Program-made: the position numbers and the translations under genes
Shown: one piece after another, positions 29,245-38,845 of the stretch
How the letters are laid out: each line of letters starts with the position of its first letter
Numbering within the stretch: the first letter of the stretch is position 1
DNA from: a bacterium
GTDB lineage: Bacteria > CG2-30-53-67 > CG2-30-70-394
Direction of reading: 5' to 3'
Length of the DNA stretch: 64,000 nt
Assembly (NCBI GenBank): GCA_036393335.1
Contig: DASWHD010000135.1
Location: 14,405 to 78,404 of the forward strand
The notes under the pieces: generated by a model
What the model saw: only the letters and a program-made list of their open reading frames with translations
Told to the model about the DNA's origin: nothing
Database searches by the model: none

Positions 29245-30060
29245 ATGTCCACCACCGTACCCGAACTCCTCCAGCGCGCCCGGGAGGGGCGGCGTCTGGT
29301 GATCCTCACCGCCTACGACTACGGCGGCGCGCGGCTCGTGGCCGCCGCGGGGGTCGACACGATCATGGTCGGCGACTCCCTCGGCATGGTGGTGCAGGGG
29401 CGAGCCAATACCCTCGGTGTGACCCTCGACCAGATGGTCTACCACTGCGAGATGGTGAGCCGTGGGGCGCCGTACGCCCTGGTGATCGGCGATCTGCCGT
29501 TCATGAGCTATCAGGAGGGCCCAGCCCAGGCGGTGCGCAGCGCCGGTCGGCTCGTGAAGGAGGGCGGCTGTGGCTGTGTGAAGCTGGAGGGCGGGATGCG
29601 TATGGCGGAGCAGATCGCGGCGATCGTGCGCGCCGACATCCCGGTGATGGCCCACATCGGTCTCACCCCCCAGTCGATTCACCAACTCGGCGGTTATCGG
29701 GTGCAGCGCGATGCCGACCGACTCCTCGCCGATGCCCTGGCGGTGCAGGAGGCGGGGGCGTGGTCGGTGGTCTTGGAATGTGTGCCGCGGGAGGTCGCAG
29801 AGCAGATCACCGACCGCCTGACGATCCCCACCATCGGCATCGGGGCAGGACCCGACTGCTCCGGGCAGGTCCTTGTTTTTCACGATATTTTGGGTCTTTC
29901 TGACGGAAAGCCGATGCGCTTCGTGAAGCGCTACGCCGACCTTCAGGCGGGCGTGACCGCGGCGGTGCGGGCGTACAAGGACGAGGTCGAGGCGGGTCTC
30001 TTCCCGGCCGCCGAGCACTGCTTCACCGCCGGTGGATCCGGCTCGCAGGGGGAACGCTGA
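29245..30060 (+). CDS. panB: 3-methyl-2-oxobutanoate hydroxymethyltransferase PanB
   Basis: [32 protein letters not shown]...IGIGAG is the PanB signature; internal ATG start. Confidence 0.9.
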   Translation: MSTTVPELLQRAREGRRLVILTAYDYGGARLVAAAGVDTIMVGDSLGMVVQGRANTLGVTLDQMVYHCEMVSRGAPYALVIGDLPFMSYQEGPAQAVRSAGRLVKEGGCGCVKLEGGMRMAEQIAAIVRADIPVMAHIGLTPQSIHQLGGYRVQRDADRLLADALAVQEAGAWSVVLECVPREVAEQITDRLTIPTIGIGAGPDCSGQVLVFHDILGLSDGKPMRFVKRYADLQAGVTAAVRAYKDEVEAGLFPAAEHCFTAGGSGSQGER

Positions 30061-30503
30061 TGCTGGCCGTCGGCGCCGATCACGGCGGCGTGCATCTCAA
30101 GGAGGTCGTGGTGCGCGCCCTGGAACGGCGCGGTATCCCGTTCGTCGACCTCGGAACCAACGATGTGGCCTCGGTTGACTACCCGGACTTTGCCGCCAAG
30201 GTGGCGAGCGGGGTCGCCAACGGCGACTACGATCGCGGCATCCTGATCTGCGGCACCGGCATCGGCATGTCGATCGCCGCCAACAAGTTCTTCGGGGTGC
30301 GCGCGGCCCTGTGTCACGACACCTACACCGCGCGCATGTCCCGCCTGCACAACGACGCCAACATCCTGGTCCTGGGGGAACGGGTCACCGGCCCCGGGGT
30401 CGCGGAAGAGATCGTCGAGGTGTGGCTCGACACATCCTTCGAGGGGGGGCGCCACACCGTCCGTGTGGAGAAGATCCACCGGCACGAAAACCGACACCGG
30501 TGA
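30060..30503 (+). CDS. rpiB: Ribose-5-phosphate isomerase B (RpiB/LacAB family)
   Basis: [10 protein letters not shown]...[28 protein letters not shown]. Confidence 0.85.
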   Translation: MLAVGADHGGVHLKEVVVRALERRGIPFVDLGTNDVASVDYPDFAAKVASGVANGDYDRGILICGTGIGMSIAANKFFGVRAALCHDTYTARMSRLHNDANILVLGERVTGPGVAEEIVEVWLDTSFEGGRHTVRVEKIHRHENRHR

Positions 30504-30546
30504 GCCGCGGTACCCGTTTTGGCACCGCGGACGCATTCCTCTGCAA

Positions 30547-30619
30547 GGAAAGCAGGAAGGCAGGAAATCCTTCTCTCATGGGTTGCCGACTCTTCCCTCT
30601 TCCTGCTTTCCTGCCTTCC
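30547..30619. repeat. GCAGGAA-unit hairpin (family A) between rpiB and glyA
   Basis: GGAAAGCAGGAAGGCAGGAAA pairs with CTTCCTGCTTTCCTGCCTTCC across a ~30 nt loop. It is preceded by a 7-bp stem CCGCGGT/ACCGCGG at the rpiB stop. Confidence 0.5.
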
Positions 30620-30675
30620 TTAGAGGATTGTGCGACGTCGTAGCTGTCAGACCGTCGCGGATTGGAGAGTCATCT

Positions 30676-31935
30676 ATGCTCAAGCTTGCCAATACCACCG
30701 ATGCCCTCCGCGCAGTCGATCCCGAGGTCGCGGCCGCCCTGGATGCCGAGCGCGAGCGAGAGAACGACACCCTGGTCCTGATCGCCAGCGAGAACTACGC
30801 CTCGGAGGCGGTGCTCGCGGCCCAGGGGTCATTGCTCACCAACAAGTACGCCGAGGGCTACCCGGGCAAGCGCTACTATGCCGGCTGCGAGAACGCCGAC
30901 ACGGTGGAGGCCCTGGCCATCGAGCGTGCCAAGCGGCTCTTCAAGGTGGACCACGCGAACGTTCAGCCGCACTCGGGCAGCTCCGCGAACATGACCGCCT
31001 ACCTGGCGGTATTGAAGCCGGGCGACAAGATCCTCGGTATGTCCCTGGCGCATGGCGGGCACCTCACCCACGGTGCCAAGGTGAGCTTTTCCGGCAAGCT
31101 CTTTTCGTCGTTCTTCTACGGTGTCGACGTGGCTACCGGACGGATCGACATGGCGGAGGTGGCGCGCATCGCGGCCATCGTCCAGCCGCGGATGATCGTC
31201 ACCGGCGCCTCCGCCTACCCGCGCTTCTTCGACTGGCAGGCCTTCCACGACATCGCCAATGAGCACAAGGCGTACCTGATGGCGGACATCGCGCACATCG
31301 CCGGACCGGTGGCCGCCGGTCTCCATCCCAGCCCGGTGGGGTATGCCGACTTCGTCACGACCACGACCCACAAGACCCTGCGCGGACCGCGCGGTGGCAT
31401 GGTGATGTGCACCGCGGAGCACGCCAAGGCGGTGGACAAGATCCTCTTCCCCGGGCTCCAGGGGGGACCACTGGTCCACACCATCGCGGCCAAGGCGGTG
31501 GCCTTGCACGAGGCCCTGCAGCCCGCCTTCGTCGACTACCAACGGCAGGTGTTGGCCAACGCCCGGGCCCTGGGCGAGCGCCTCGTGGCGCACGGCTTCG
31601 ACCTCATCTCCGGCGGCACCGACAACCACCTGGTGCTGGTCGACCTGCGTAACAAGGGGGTGACCGGCGCCGATGCCGAGGCCGCCCTGCACGCGGCGGG
31701 CCTCACCTGCAACAAGAACGGTATCCCCAACGATCCGCAGCCGCCGGTGGTGACCAGTGGCGTCCGTCTCGGCACGCCGGTGATGACCACCCGCGGCATG
31801 GGCACCGAGGAGGCGCTACAGGTCGCCGACTGGATCGACAAGATCCTGCGCGACCCGGGCGACACGGCGGTGCAGCGCCGGGTGCGCGGCGAGGTTACCG
31901 CGCTGTGCCGCCGCTTCCCGGCGTACAGCGAGTAG
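30676..31935 (+). CDS. glyA: Serine hydroxymethyltransferase GlyA
   Basis: ENYASEAVLAAQGS...VTTTTHKTLRGPRGG (PLP-lysine region); 419 aa. Confidence 0.95.
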   Translation: MLKLANTTDALRAVDPEVAAALDAERERENDTLVLIASENYASEAVLAAQGSLLTNKYAEGYPGKRYYAGCENADTVEALAIERAKRLFKVDHANVQPHSGSSANMTAYLAVLKPGDKILGMSLAHGGHLTHGAKVSFSGKLFSSFFYGVDVATGRIDMAEVARIAAIVQPRMIVTGASAYPRFFDWQAFHDIANEHKAYLMADIAHIAGPVAAGLHPSPVGYADFVTTTTHKTLRGPRGGMVMCTAEHAKAVDKILFPGLQGGPLVHTIAAKAVALHEALQPAFVDYQRQVLANARALGERLVAHGFDLISGGTDNHLVLVDLRNKGVTGADAEAALHAAGLTCNKNGIPNDPQPPVVTSGVRLGTPVMTTRGMGTEEALQVADWIDKILRDPGDTAVQRRVRGEVTALCRRFPAYSE

Positions 31936-32088
31936 GCGCCTGCGAACCGCGCCGCGTTGCGGCGGTCGGTGACCGTGGGCGCTCGCCGGTATCGAGTGGT
32001 GGAGCGGCGGAGAGTGCGTGGGCGATCCCGAGACGACCATCGCCGCGTTTCTGAGCCAGTACCTCCTCTCACCGACTGGCTCAGTCCG

Positions 32089-32127
32089 CAGGCCGGCCCT
32101 CTCCCACACCGGCCTGTCTTTTTTTTT
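32089..32127 (+). terminator. Rho-independent terminator (GC stem CAGGCCGG/CCGGCCTG plus T9), preceded by a second hairpin at 32052-32082
   Basis: The stem-loop is immediately followed by TCTTTTTTTTT, downstream of the glyA stop. Confidence 0.6.
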
Positions 32128-32143
32128 GCGGGCAGGCTGCTGG

Positions 32144-32932
32144 CTACCGCCCGTACCGATCGAGGACGCCATCCACGCCGAGACCGAAGGTCAGAACGAA
32201 ATACACGAGATCCCAGCGCTGGCCATCATCGAGGCTGTCCTCAAACGACGGCATCGGGGTGCCGTTCAGGCCGGTGGTGAAGGTCCGGTAGATGTCCGCC
32301 GGCGTGGCGCCGCCCTCGATCAACTCGGGATTCGTGAGATCCGCCGGCGGGCTCGGATTGCCGCGGTGGTCCTTGAGACCGGGGGCCGAGGGGCCGTCGC
32401 CGCGGCCGTCCGGACCGTGGCAATGCCAGCACTGGACCTTCTGCCAGAGCTCCTTGCCCCGCTCGATCGCCTCGCGGGTGGCGGGCGGTGGTTCGGGGAT
32501 GGTAATAGGCTCGGCGTGTTCCTCCGGGTCGCCCCAGCGCGGCGAGAAGGTCTTGAGGTAGTGCACCAGGGCCCAGCGCTTCTTGGAGGAGAGATCCTTG
32601 AAGGGGCGCATGTTCTTCGCCGACTCCATGGAGAGGCGGATCCCCTTGGTGAGGGTGCGGTACAGGTCCTCGTCCGCCGGCAGATAACCCGACGGCGTGG
32701 TGCGGAACTCGAAGATCGCCTCGGTGAAGTCGCGGCACACCATCCCCAGCGACTGCGCCGCCGGCCCCAGACCCTTGCCGTCCTCGCCGTGGCACTCGGC
32801 GCAGTACTGGGAGTAGAGCTTGGCCCCCTCCTTCAGGAGCTTGGGGGTGGCCTCGTAGGTCTTTTCCGCCCCCAGGGTGGGCGGGACGAAGAGGAGCATC
32901 ACGGCGGGAATCAAGGCATTCGCGGCGCGCAT
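32144..32932 (-). CDS. Periplasmic diheme c-type cytochrome (c4-like)
   Basis: Signal peptide MRAANALIPAVMLLFVPPTLGA; two CXXCH motifs (CAECH, CWHCH). The start is the internal ATG; the upstream ORF part is Arg-rich junk. Confidence 0.8.
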   Translation of the reverse strand: MRAANALIPAVMLLFVPPTLGAEKTYEATPKLLKEGAKLYSQYCAECHGEDGKGLGPAAQSLGMVCRDFTEAIFEFRTTPSGYLPADEDLYRTLTKGIRLSMESAKNMRPFKDLSSKKRWALVHYLKTFSPRWGDPEEHAEPITIPEPPPATREAIERGKELWQKVQCWHCHGPDGRGDGPSAPGLKDHRGNPSPPADLTNPELIEGGATPADIYRTFTTGLNGTPMPSFEDSLDDGQRWDLVYFVLTFGLGVDGVLDRYGR

Positions 32933-32950
32933 GGCGGACCTCGCGAGGTG

Positions 32951-32981
32951 AAAAAAAAGGGGCGGGGCATCGCCCCGCCCC
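32951..32981 (-). terminator. Intrinsic-terminator-like hairpin (GGGGCGGGGC-atc-GCCCCGCCCC followed by U8 on the minus strand)
   Basis: Perfect 10-bp GC stem; the plus-strand A8 run sits 5' of it, which becomes a U-run after the stem on the minus strand. It lies between the OMP gene stop and the cytochrome gene start. Confidence 0.5.
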
Positions 32982-33006
32982 CTGGAATGAAAGACCGGCG
33001 GGACGC

Positions 33007-34149
33007 TTAGAAGCCGAAGCGGGCGATCAGGCGGCCCTTGATCGCCTCGTCTTCGTCGTCGGCACCCGAAGAGCTCTCTTCGAAGTCGAGGAAGCGGAGC
33101 TCGGCGCCGAGCTGGACATTGGGGCGGGTGTACCAGGAGGCGTGGAGGGTCCACTGCTCGAAGTCACCGTCACCGGTAAACCCGTCGTCGCTGAGCTTGT
33201 CCCAACGGGCGCCGACCACGAAGTCGCCCACCGGGTAGAGGAGCTCGACGAGGATGTCGTCACCCTCCAGATCGTCGCCGCCGGAGGGTCCGTCCATGGT
33301 CGCGTCGAACCAGGCGAGGGTCAGAATCGCGCCGGCACCGTGGAGCTCGGCGGCGATCGACCAGCGGTCGATGTCGGCCTCGTCACCGGCGTGATGCTGG
33401 TAGTGGGCCCCGAGGGTCTGCTCCATGAAGGTCAGCTCGACGGTGCCGTAGACGCTCTCAGAAAGGTCGCTCTCGTTGCCGGGGGCACCCGCGTCGTTGT
33501 CCAGGGTGTAGCCCAGGGCATAGCGAACGGTCAGCCCCTCGTCCTCCGGCAGGATCTGACCGTTGGCCTCCAACCCGACGGCGGTGCCGAAGAAGCCCAG
33601 GTCCTCGGCGGCGTAGCCGTCGAAGACGATGGAGCGGGCGGGGGAGAGGAAGCTAAAGTCGACGTCGTAGGCGCCGGCGCGCAGGTTGAGCTGGGCCTCG
33701 CCCACCAGGTCGTTGTACTGGATGAAGACCGGCCCCAGGTCCGCGCCCTCGCCGCGCTCGAGGATGATCTCGCCGAAGGTGGAGATGCGCGGCCCGAGGG
33801 TGGTGCCCCAGAAGACCTCGACCTCCGGTTGCATGATGGTGAGGGAGTCCTCACCGCGTTCATCCTTGTCGAAATCGTCCCACTCCACCTCGATCTCGGC
33901 GAGGGCGGCGACCGGCCACGCCGGGATGTCCCAGACGTCCGTCCCCTTGGTGCCCTGGAGGCGATAACCGTTGTTTTTGAAGGTGATGCCGAACTCGTTG
34001 AGCTTCGGGAAGGCGACGTGACAGTAGGTGCACTTCTGTTTCGTTTGCCGGGCGAAGGCGGGGATCGCCTCCGCATCGTCGGGGGCGAGCAGGACGCTCA
34101 GGGGCAGCGCCAGGGCTGCCAGGAGGGGAACGAGAATGAAGCGTTTCAT
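33007..34149 (-). CDS. Outer-membrane beta-barrel protein with an N-terminal monoheme CXXCH motif (Cyc2-like fused cytochrome-porin)
   Basis: Signal peptide; CTYCH ~10 aa after the predicted cleavage site; alternating amphipathic beta-strand pattern rich in D/E/G; C-terminal ...ARFGF (aromatic terminal residue typical of OM barrels). Confidence 0.65.
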   Translation of the reverse strand: MKRFILVPLLAALALPLSVLLAPDDAEAIPAFARQTKQKCTYCHVAFPKLNEFGITFKNNGYRLQGTKGTDVWDIPAWPVAALAEIEVEWDDFDKDERGEDSLTIMQPEVEVFWGTTLGPRISTFGEIILERGEGADLGPVFIQYNDLVGEAQLNLRAGAYDVDFSFLSPARSIVFDGYAAEDLGFFGTAVGLEANGQILPEDEGLTVRYALGYTLDNDAGAPGNESDLSESVYGTVELTFMEQTLGAHYQHHAGDEADIDRWSIAAELHGAGAILTLAWFDATMDGPSGGDDLEGDDILVELLYPVGDFVVGARWDKLSDDGFTGDGDFEQWTLHASWYTRPNVQLGAELRFLDFEESSSGADDEDEAIKGRLIARFGF

Positions 34150-34267
34150 AGGAGATCCTCCATGACCGGGGGTGGTGTGCCCACGGCGCGCGACGCCGTG
34201 AACGGTGGGATGTGCCCTGCAACGCCGGGAGGTTGGCTAAATTTCATCGAATAGGTCAACAACAAGT

Positions 34268-35176
34268 TTACTGCGACGGCACGGGCATTCGGTCGGATGA
34301 TTCCGAGGTTTGCGAGAGGTCCACGGCAAACGCGGTAGTCCGCCCCGCGACGATCCCCATCCGTTGCTGGACCGCAGGGTGTGGGGGAAGCTCAAGGCGC
34401 ACCTCGTGCACCCCCGATGGCAGGTCGATGTGGAAGGGGGTGGTGCCGTAGTAGGCGCCGTCGATATACACCTGCGCCCCCGCCGGCGTGGTGTCGATCT
34501 GCAGCCCCCCCGTGGGGGGAGTGACGGGGGCAGAAGGCCGGGTACCGAGGGCGCGGAGCAGCTCGTTCCACAGGCCATCGATATCTTCCTGCATGAGCAG
34601 GGTGAGATGGGCCATGGCGGTGCCGCCGACCCCGGTGAACTGGGTGTGATCCCGGCGCGCGGTCTGCTGCCACTCCGGCGAGGCTGAGTCGGCCCGGTGG
34701 AGCGCCAAAGACAAGGCCGTGGTGAACCGATCCTCGGTCCCGGCAGCGAGCTCCAGCTCAGCGACGGTTGGCTGGAGCCACACCGCCGGCGGCGGGGTAC
34801 CGGCCGCCAGGACCCGCGCGGTCAGGCCGTGGACGGCAAGGATCGCCACCAGGCGCTCGGTCGCCCACTCTGTCACGGGTCGATCGAGACGCACCGCCCG
34901 CCGGCCGCTGCCGACGTTGTTACGGCGCCATCCCAAGGCCCGTGGATCGCTGGCCGCCGCTCCATCACCATCGCGGCCATCGATCGCCGGCGCCACCCAC
35001 ACTATGCCGCCGTCGCGCAACGCCGCCGGGGGCTCCGGCGCGGGGGCCTGGACCACCACGGCGCGATGGCCGCAGGCGATGATGAGCAGCGGGAGGAGAG
35101 ACGGGAGTAGACCGCGGCGCACAAACTCCTCGGCGTGGGAGGGTAGGTAAGCTGACCGGTCACCTAGCAGATGCAT
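34268..35176 (-). CDS. PEGA-domain lipoprotein
   Basis: Lipobox LLIIACG; C-terminal PEGA domain (LQIDTTPAGAQVYIDGAYYGTTPFHIDLPSGVHEVRLEL). Start at the internal MHLLG. Confidence 0.55.
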   Translation of the reverse strand: MHLLGDRSAYLPSHAEEFVRRGLLPSLLPLLIIACGHRAVVVQAPAPEPPAALRDGGIVWVAPAIDGRDGDGAAASDPRALGWRRNNVGSGRRAVRLDRPVTEWATERLVAILAVHGLTARVLAAGTPPPAVWLQPTVAELELAAGTEDRFTTALSLALHRADSASPEWQQTARRDHTQFTGVGGTAMAHLTLLMQEDIDGLWNELLRALGTRPSAPVTPPTGGLQIDTTPAGAQVYIDGAYYGTTPFHIDLPSGVHEVRLELPPHPAVQQRMGIVAGRTTAFAVDLSQTSESSDRMPVPSQ

Positions 35177-35364
35177 CGATCTGCGGCAAGAGGTGGCTTC
35201 CCGGGTCACCGCCGCTCCGGCACCGCCTGCCTGCCGCCATCGGCCGGGGATGGTTCCTGCTCCGGCTTGCGTTGGCGCGCTGCGCAAAATGTGGTGTGAT
35301 CCCCGGAGCGGCGGAGCAGTCGGCGTAGGCTGAACGCGGTGACCGCCACCGACCGACAGACACC

Positions 35365-36078
35365 ATGCGTCCCGATCTTCCTGCAGCCGAGACCCGCCGG
35401 GCGTTGCTCAAGGCGGTGTCGATGGCGGTGGTGCTGATGCTCCTGATCTACGGTGTGCGGCGCTCACCGTTGTCGGTCTATCTCGACCCAGAAAACCTGG
35501 CACCGTGGCAGGAGTTGGTCGGGGATGCCGGGACGTGGGCGAAGCCGCTGTTCATCGCGGTGGGCACGGTGGTCATCTCGGTGGGTGTGCCGCGCACCGT
35601 GGTGAGCCTGGCGGGCGGCATGCTGTTCGGCATCGCCATGGGACTGGTCACGGCCATGGCCGCCACCATGTTCTCCGCCATGCTGACGTTCTACATCGGA
35701 CGATGGGCGGGGCATCGCTATGTGCGGCGGCGTTTTGGTGAACGGATCGGTGAGGTGCGGCGCATGATGCGACAGCACGGCGTCGTGGCGATGATCTTGA
35801 TCCGCCAGCTACCCATCACCGCGCTGGCCAGCAACCTCCTGTGCTCGGTGAGCGGGGTGCGGGCGCGCCACTACTTTTTCGGATCCCTGATCGGGCTGTT
35901 GCCCGGTGCGATCATCTTCGTCGTCTTCGGCGCCGGGGTGCGGCGCGACTTTGGCCTGCGCGCGACGGCCGCCAGCCTGCTGTTGGTCGGCGTTACCTTC
36001 GTCGCCCTCTGGGTAGTGAATCGTACCCCGTGGCTACAGCCCTTGCGTGAGATGTTGCAGAAGGAAGACAAGGGTTGA
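35365..36078 (+). CDS. DedA / TVP38-TMEM64 family membrane protein
   Basis: Multi-TM protein with the SNARE-associated motif (GVPRTVVSLAGGMLFG...FYIGRWAG...RQLPITALASN). Confidence 0.8.
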   Translation: MRPDLPAAETRRALLKAVSMAVVLMLLIYGVRRSPLSVYLDPENLAPWQELVGDAGTWAKPLFIAVGTVVISVGVPRTVVSLAGGMLFGIAMGLVTAMAATMFSAMLTFYIGRWAGHRYVRRRFGERIGEVRRMMRQHGVVAMILIRQLPITALASNLLCSVSGVRARHYFFGSLIGLLPGAIIFVVFGAGVRRDFGLRATAASLLLVGVTFVALWVVNRTPWLQPLREMLQKEDKG

Positions 36079-36242
36079 GACGTGGCATTTGGGCAGCGTG
36101 ACAGGAGACCATCGGCGCCGGGCGTGGCTAGCGGGCCCCAGGACGCCGGGGCATGGGCAGCGTTGGGTTCTGTGAATCGGCGATGCCGCTCACGTCACCG
36201 CCCAGCGTGCGGCAGGTAGCCGGGAGAGCACGGGTGAGGCCA

Positions 36243-38489
36243 ATGGAGTCCTCGCGCTTCGACGGCCGCCTGCAAAGAGGGGTGGAAGAGCTCTTTGCGC
36301 GCTGGACCGTTGTCCTGATGCGGCGGCCCCGACGGTGGTGGTGGTGGGTGGGTCTGCTCTCTGTCCTGCTTCTTGCCGGCCTGCCGCGCTTGCAGTTGGA
36401 CGTGCGCCTCGACGCCTTCCTCGTGGAGGATGACCCGGACTTTCTCGCCTTCCAGGCATTGCGCGAGCGCTTCGACAATGACGAGCTGCTCCTGGCGGTG
36501 GTCGCACCGCCGGTGGGTATTTCTCTGCTGGATCCGGTGATGGTGGACGGCCTGCGTGCGGTGCACGACGGCGCCACCGGGATTGATTCGGTGGCGTGGG
36601 TAAGCAGTCTGGCGCGGGCGCGCCGTTTGCAGGTCGGGCCCCAGACCCTTTCCTGGGAGTTGTGGCTGCCACCGGCGGCGACCCCTACCCACACCGCGGC
36701 GATCCTCCAGGAGCAGACTCTACGTGGCCGGCTGCTGGGGCGGGATGGCGAGACCCTCATCCTGCGCCTCGGTCTCGAGAACAGTGACTCGATCGAGCTG
36801 GTGCCGACGCTGGAGGCATTGTTGCGTGCCCAAATGCCCCCCGGGAGCCGCTGGTGGATGGTCGGGACGCCGGTGGTCAAAGAGGCCCTCCGCGAATCCC
36901 TGCGCACAGACGGATTGCGTGTCGGTCCTGCCGCGGCGGTGGTGTGCTTCTGCCTGCTTGCCCTTGCCCTGCGCTCCCTGCGCCACGCCTTGATCACGGT
37001 GGGGGCAGCACTATTGGCGACGCTCTGGACCCTCGGGCTCATGGGGTGGGTGGGGGCGCCCCTGACCATCGTGTCGGTCATCGTCCCGACCCTGATCCTG
37101 GTCATCGGCCTCACCGACGGGGTCCATCTCCTCACGGCCGCCGGTCACGGCGGTGTCGTGCACGCCTTGAAACGGGTCGGACCGGCATGCGTGTGGACCT
37201 CGGTGACCACCATCGCCGGTTTTCTCGGCCTCAGCTTCATGGGGGTCCCCGCCCTGCGGGACACCGGCACCTGGACGGCGGTAGGAATCACCATCGCCTT
37301 TCTCCACGCGGTCGTGACGTTGCCCTTGCTGCTGCGGCGCTTTCCCTATCGCCCCGCCGTGGAGCTGGAAAAGGTGGGGCGAACCGGGTGGTGGGGTGCC
37401 CACACGGCGCGGCCAACGGTCACCATCGCCCTGCTGGCGTTTGTGGTCCTCGCTCCCGGGATCCGGCAAATCGAGTCGGAGACCGACCTCGTGCGCTACT
37501 TCGCGGTCGATGACCCTCTCCGTATCGGTTACCGCCAGGCCGAGGCGGCCCTCGGCGGTTCCACACCGCTCAGCCTGTTGGTGGAGCGGCGCGACGGTGG
37601 CTCGATGATCGACGAGGAGCCGTTGGTGGTCGTGGAGCGGCTGCGTGCCGCATGTCTGAATCATCCGCTGGTCCTGTCGGTGGACGCCATTCCTGGCCTC
37701 CTCCACGAGCTCCAGGGGGATGCGCCCGACAGTCGCACGAGGATCGACCGGGGACAGGCGGCGCAGCTCCTCCTCCTGGCCGAGCTGGCCGGGGCCAGCG
37801 GTCCCGCCAATGCCCTGCTCAGCAACGACCGGCAGGTGGCGCGGCTCCTCCTCTTTCTTCCGGAGCTGAGCTCGCGGAGGATGGTCGAGATGGCCGACTG
37901 GCTACGCCGGACGGCGACCGAGGCGGTGGGACTGCAGTACCATGTAAGCCTGGCCGGGAATGCTCTGCATCAGGCCAACACGATGAATGCCCTCGACTAT
38001 GGTCTGCCGTGCGGCGTAATCGTCACCTTGGTCTTGATCGCGGTGTTGTTCCGTGCCCTTTTCGGCTCCTGGAGTTGGAGTGGCATGGCCCTGCTGCCCA
38101 ACCTGCTGCCCGTGGTCGGCGTGCTGGGCACGATGGGTTGGCTGCGTATTCCCCTCGACCTGTCGACCGCCATGACCGGCTCCGTCGCCCTCGGCTTGGC
38201 CGTGGACGACACGATTCACATGGCCCTCGGTTACCGCCACCATCGCGAGCGCCGGCTGGGGATCGAGGACGCGATGGCGGCGACCCTGGCGACCAGCGGC
38301 CGTGCGCTGTGGCTCACAACGAGCGTGTTGATGGCCGGCTTCGGTCTTCTCGTGCTCTCCTCGTTTGCGCCCACCCGCCGCTTCGGGCTCCTTACCTGCC
38401 TTACCCTTGCCCTCGCGCTGGCCGCGGATCTGGTGGTGCTGCCGGCCCTCATCCGCTTGTGGGAGGGGCGGCGCCGGGCGGCCGGCTGA
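36243..38489 (+). CDS. MMPL/RND-superfamily exporter (two TM bundles, SSD-like; HpnN-like)
   Basis: ~750 aa; two 6-TM bundles, each followed by a periplasmic loop. Start placed at MESSRFDG; the ORF begins 90 nt earlier. Confidence 0.75.
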   Translation: MESSRFDGRLQRGVEELFARWTVVLMRRPRRWWWWVGLLSVLLLAGLPRLQLDVRLDAFLVEDDPDFLAFQALRERFDNDELLLAVVAPPVGISLLDPVMVDGLRAVHDGATGIDSVAWVSSLARARRLQVGPQTLSWELWLPPAATPTHTAAILQEQTLRGRLLGRDGETLILRLGLENSDSIELVPTLEALLRAQMPPGSRWWMVGTPVVKEALRESLRTDGLRVGPAAAVVCFCLLALALRSLRHALITVGAALLATLWTLGLMGWVGAPLTIVSVIVPTLILVIGLTDGVHLLTAAGHGGVVHALKRVGPACVWTSVTTIAGFLGLSFMGVPALRDTGTWTAVGITIAFLHAVVTLPLLLRRFPYRPAVELEKVGRTGWWGAHTARPTVTIALLAFVVLAPGIRQIESETDLVRYFAVDDPLRIGYRQAEAALGGSTPLSLLVERRDGGSMIDEEPLVVVERLRAACLNHPLVLSVDAIPGLLHELQGDAPDSRTRIDRGQAAQLLLLAELAGASGPANALLSNDRQVARLLLFLPELSSRRMVEMADWLRRTATEAVGLQYHVSLAGNALHQANTMNALDYGLPCGVIVTLVLIAVLFRALFGSWSWSGMALLPNLLPVVGVLGTMGWLRIPLDLSTAMTGSVALGLAVDDTIHMALGYRHHRERRLGIEDAMAATLATSGRALWLTTSVLMAGFGLLVLSSFAPTRRFGLLTCLTLALALAADLVVLPALIRLWEGRRRAAG

Positions 38490-38550
38490 CCGGCGGCGCA
38501 CGCACGGGCGCCGCCTTGACCCGTCGCCGTGACCGCGGAGAGACTGGCCC

Positions 38551-38838
38551 ATGAGGCTGTCAGATCTACAGGAGGAGTTGGAGCAGGTGGCAGAGCGCCT
38601 CGGAGTGACCGTACGCTACGAGCGTGCGACCTTCACCGGCGGCTCGTGTACCCTGCGCGGCGAGGCCCTGATCATCGTCAACAGCAGGCTGACGCTACGA
38701 GAGAAGGTGCGTGCCCTGGCCAAGGAGGTGTCGCGCCTGCCACTCGACGACATGTTCATCCGGCCCGAGGTGCGGCGCCACCTCGAGGGGATCGGTCCCT
38801 TACCGCTGGCCACCGACCGCGACACACCTCATTCGTAG
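38551..38838 (+). CDS. Small hypothetical protein (95 aa)
   Basis: GC3-biased ORF filling the gap before the pseudouridine synthase gene; no family recognised. Confidence 0.3.
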   Translation: MRLSDLQEELEQVAERLGVTVRYERATFTGGSCTLRGEALIIVNSRLTLREKVRALAKEVSRLPLDDMFIRPEVRRHLEGIGPLPLATDRDTPHS

Positions 38839-38845
38839 GCAATCC

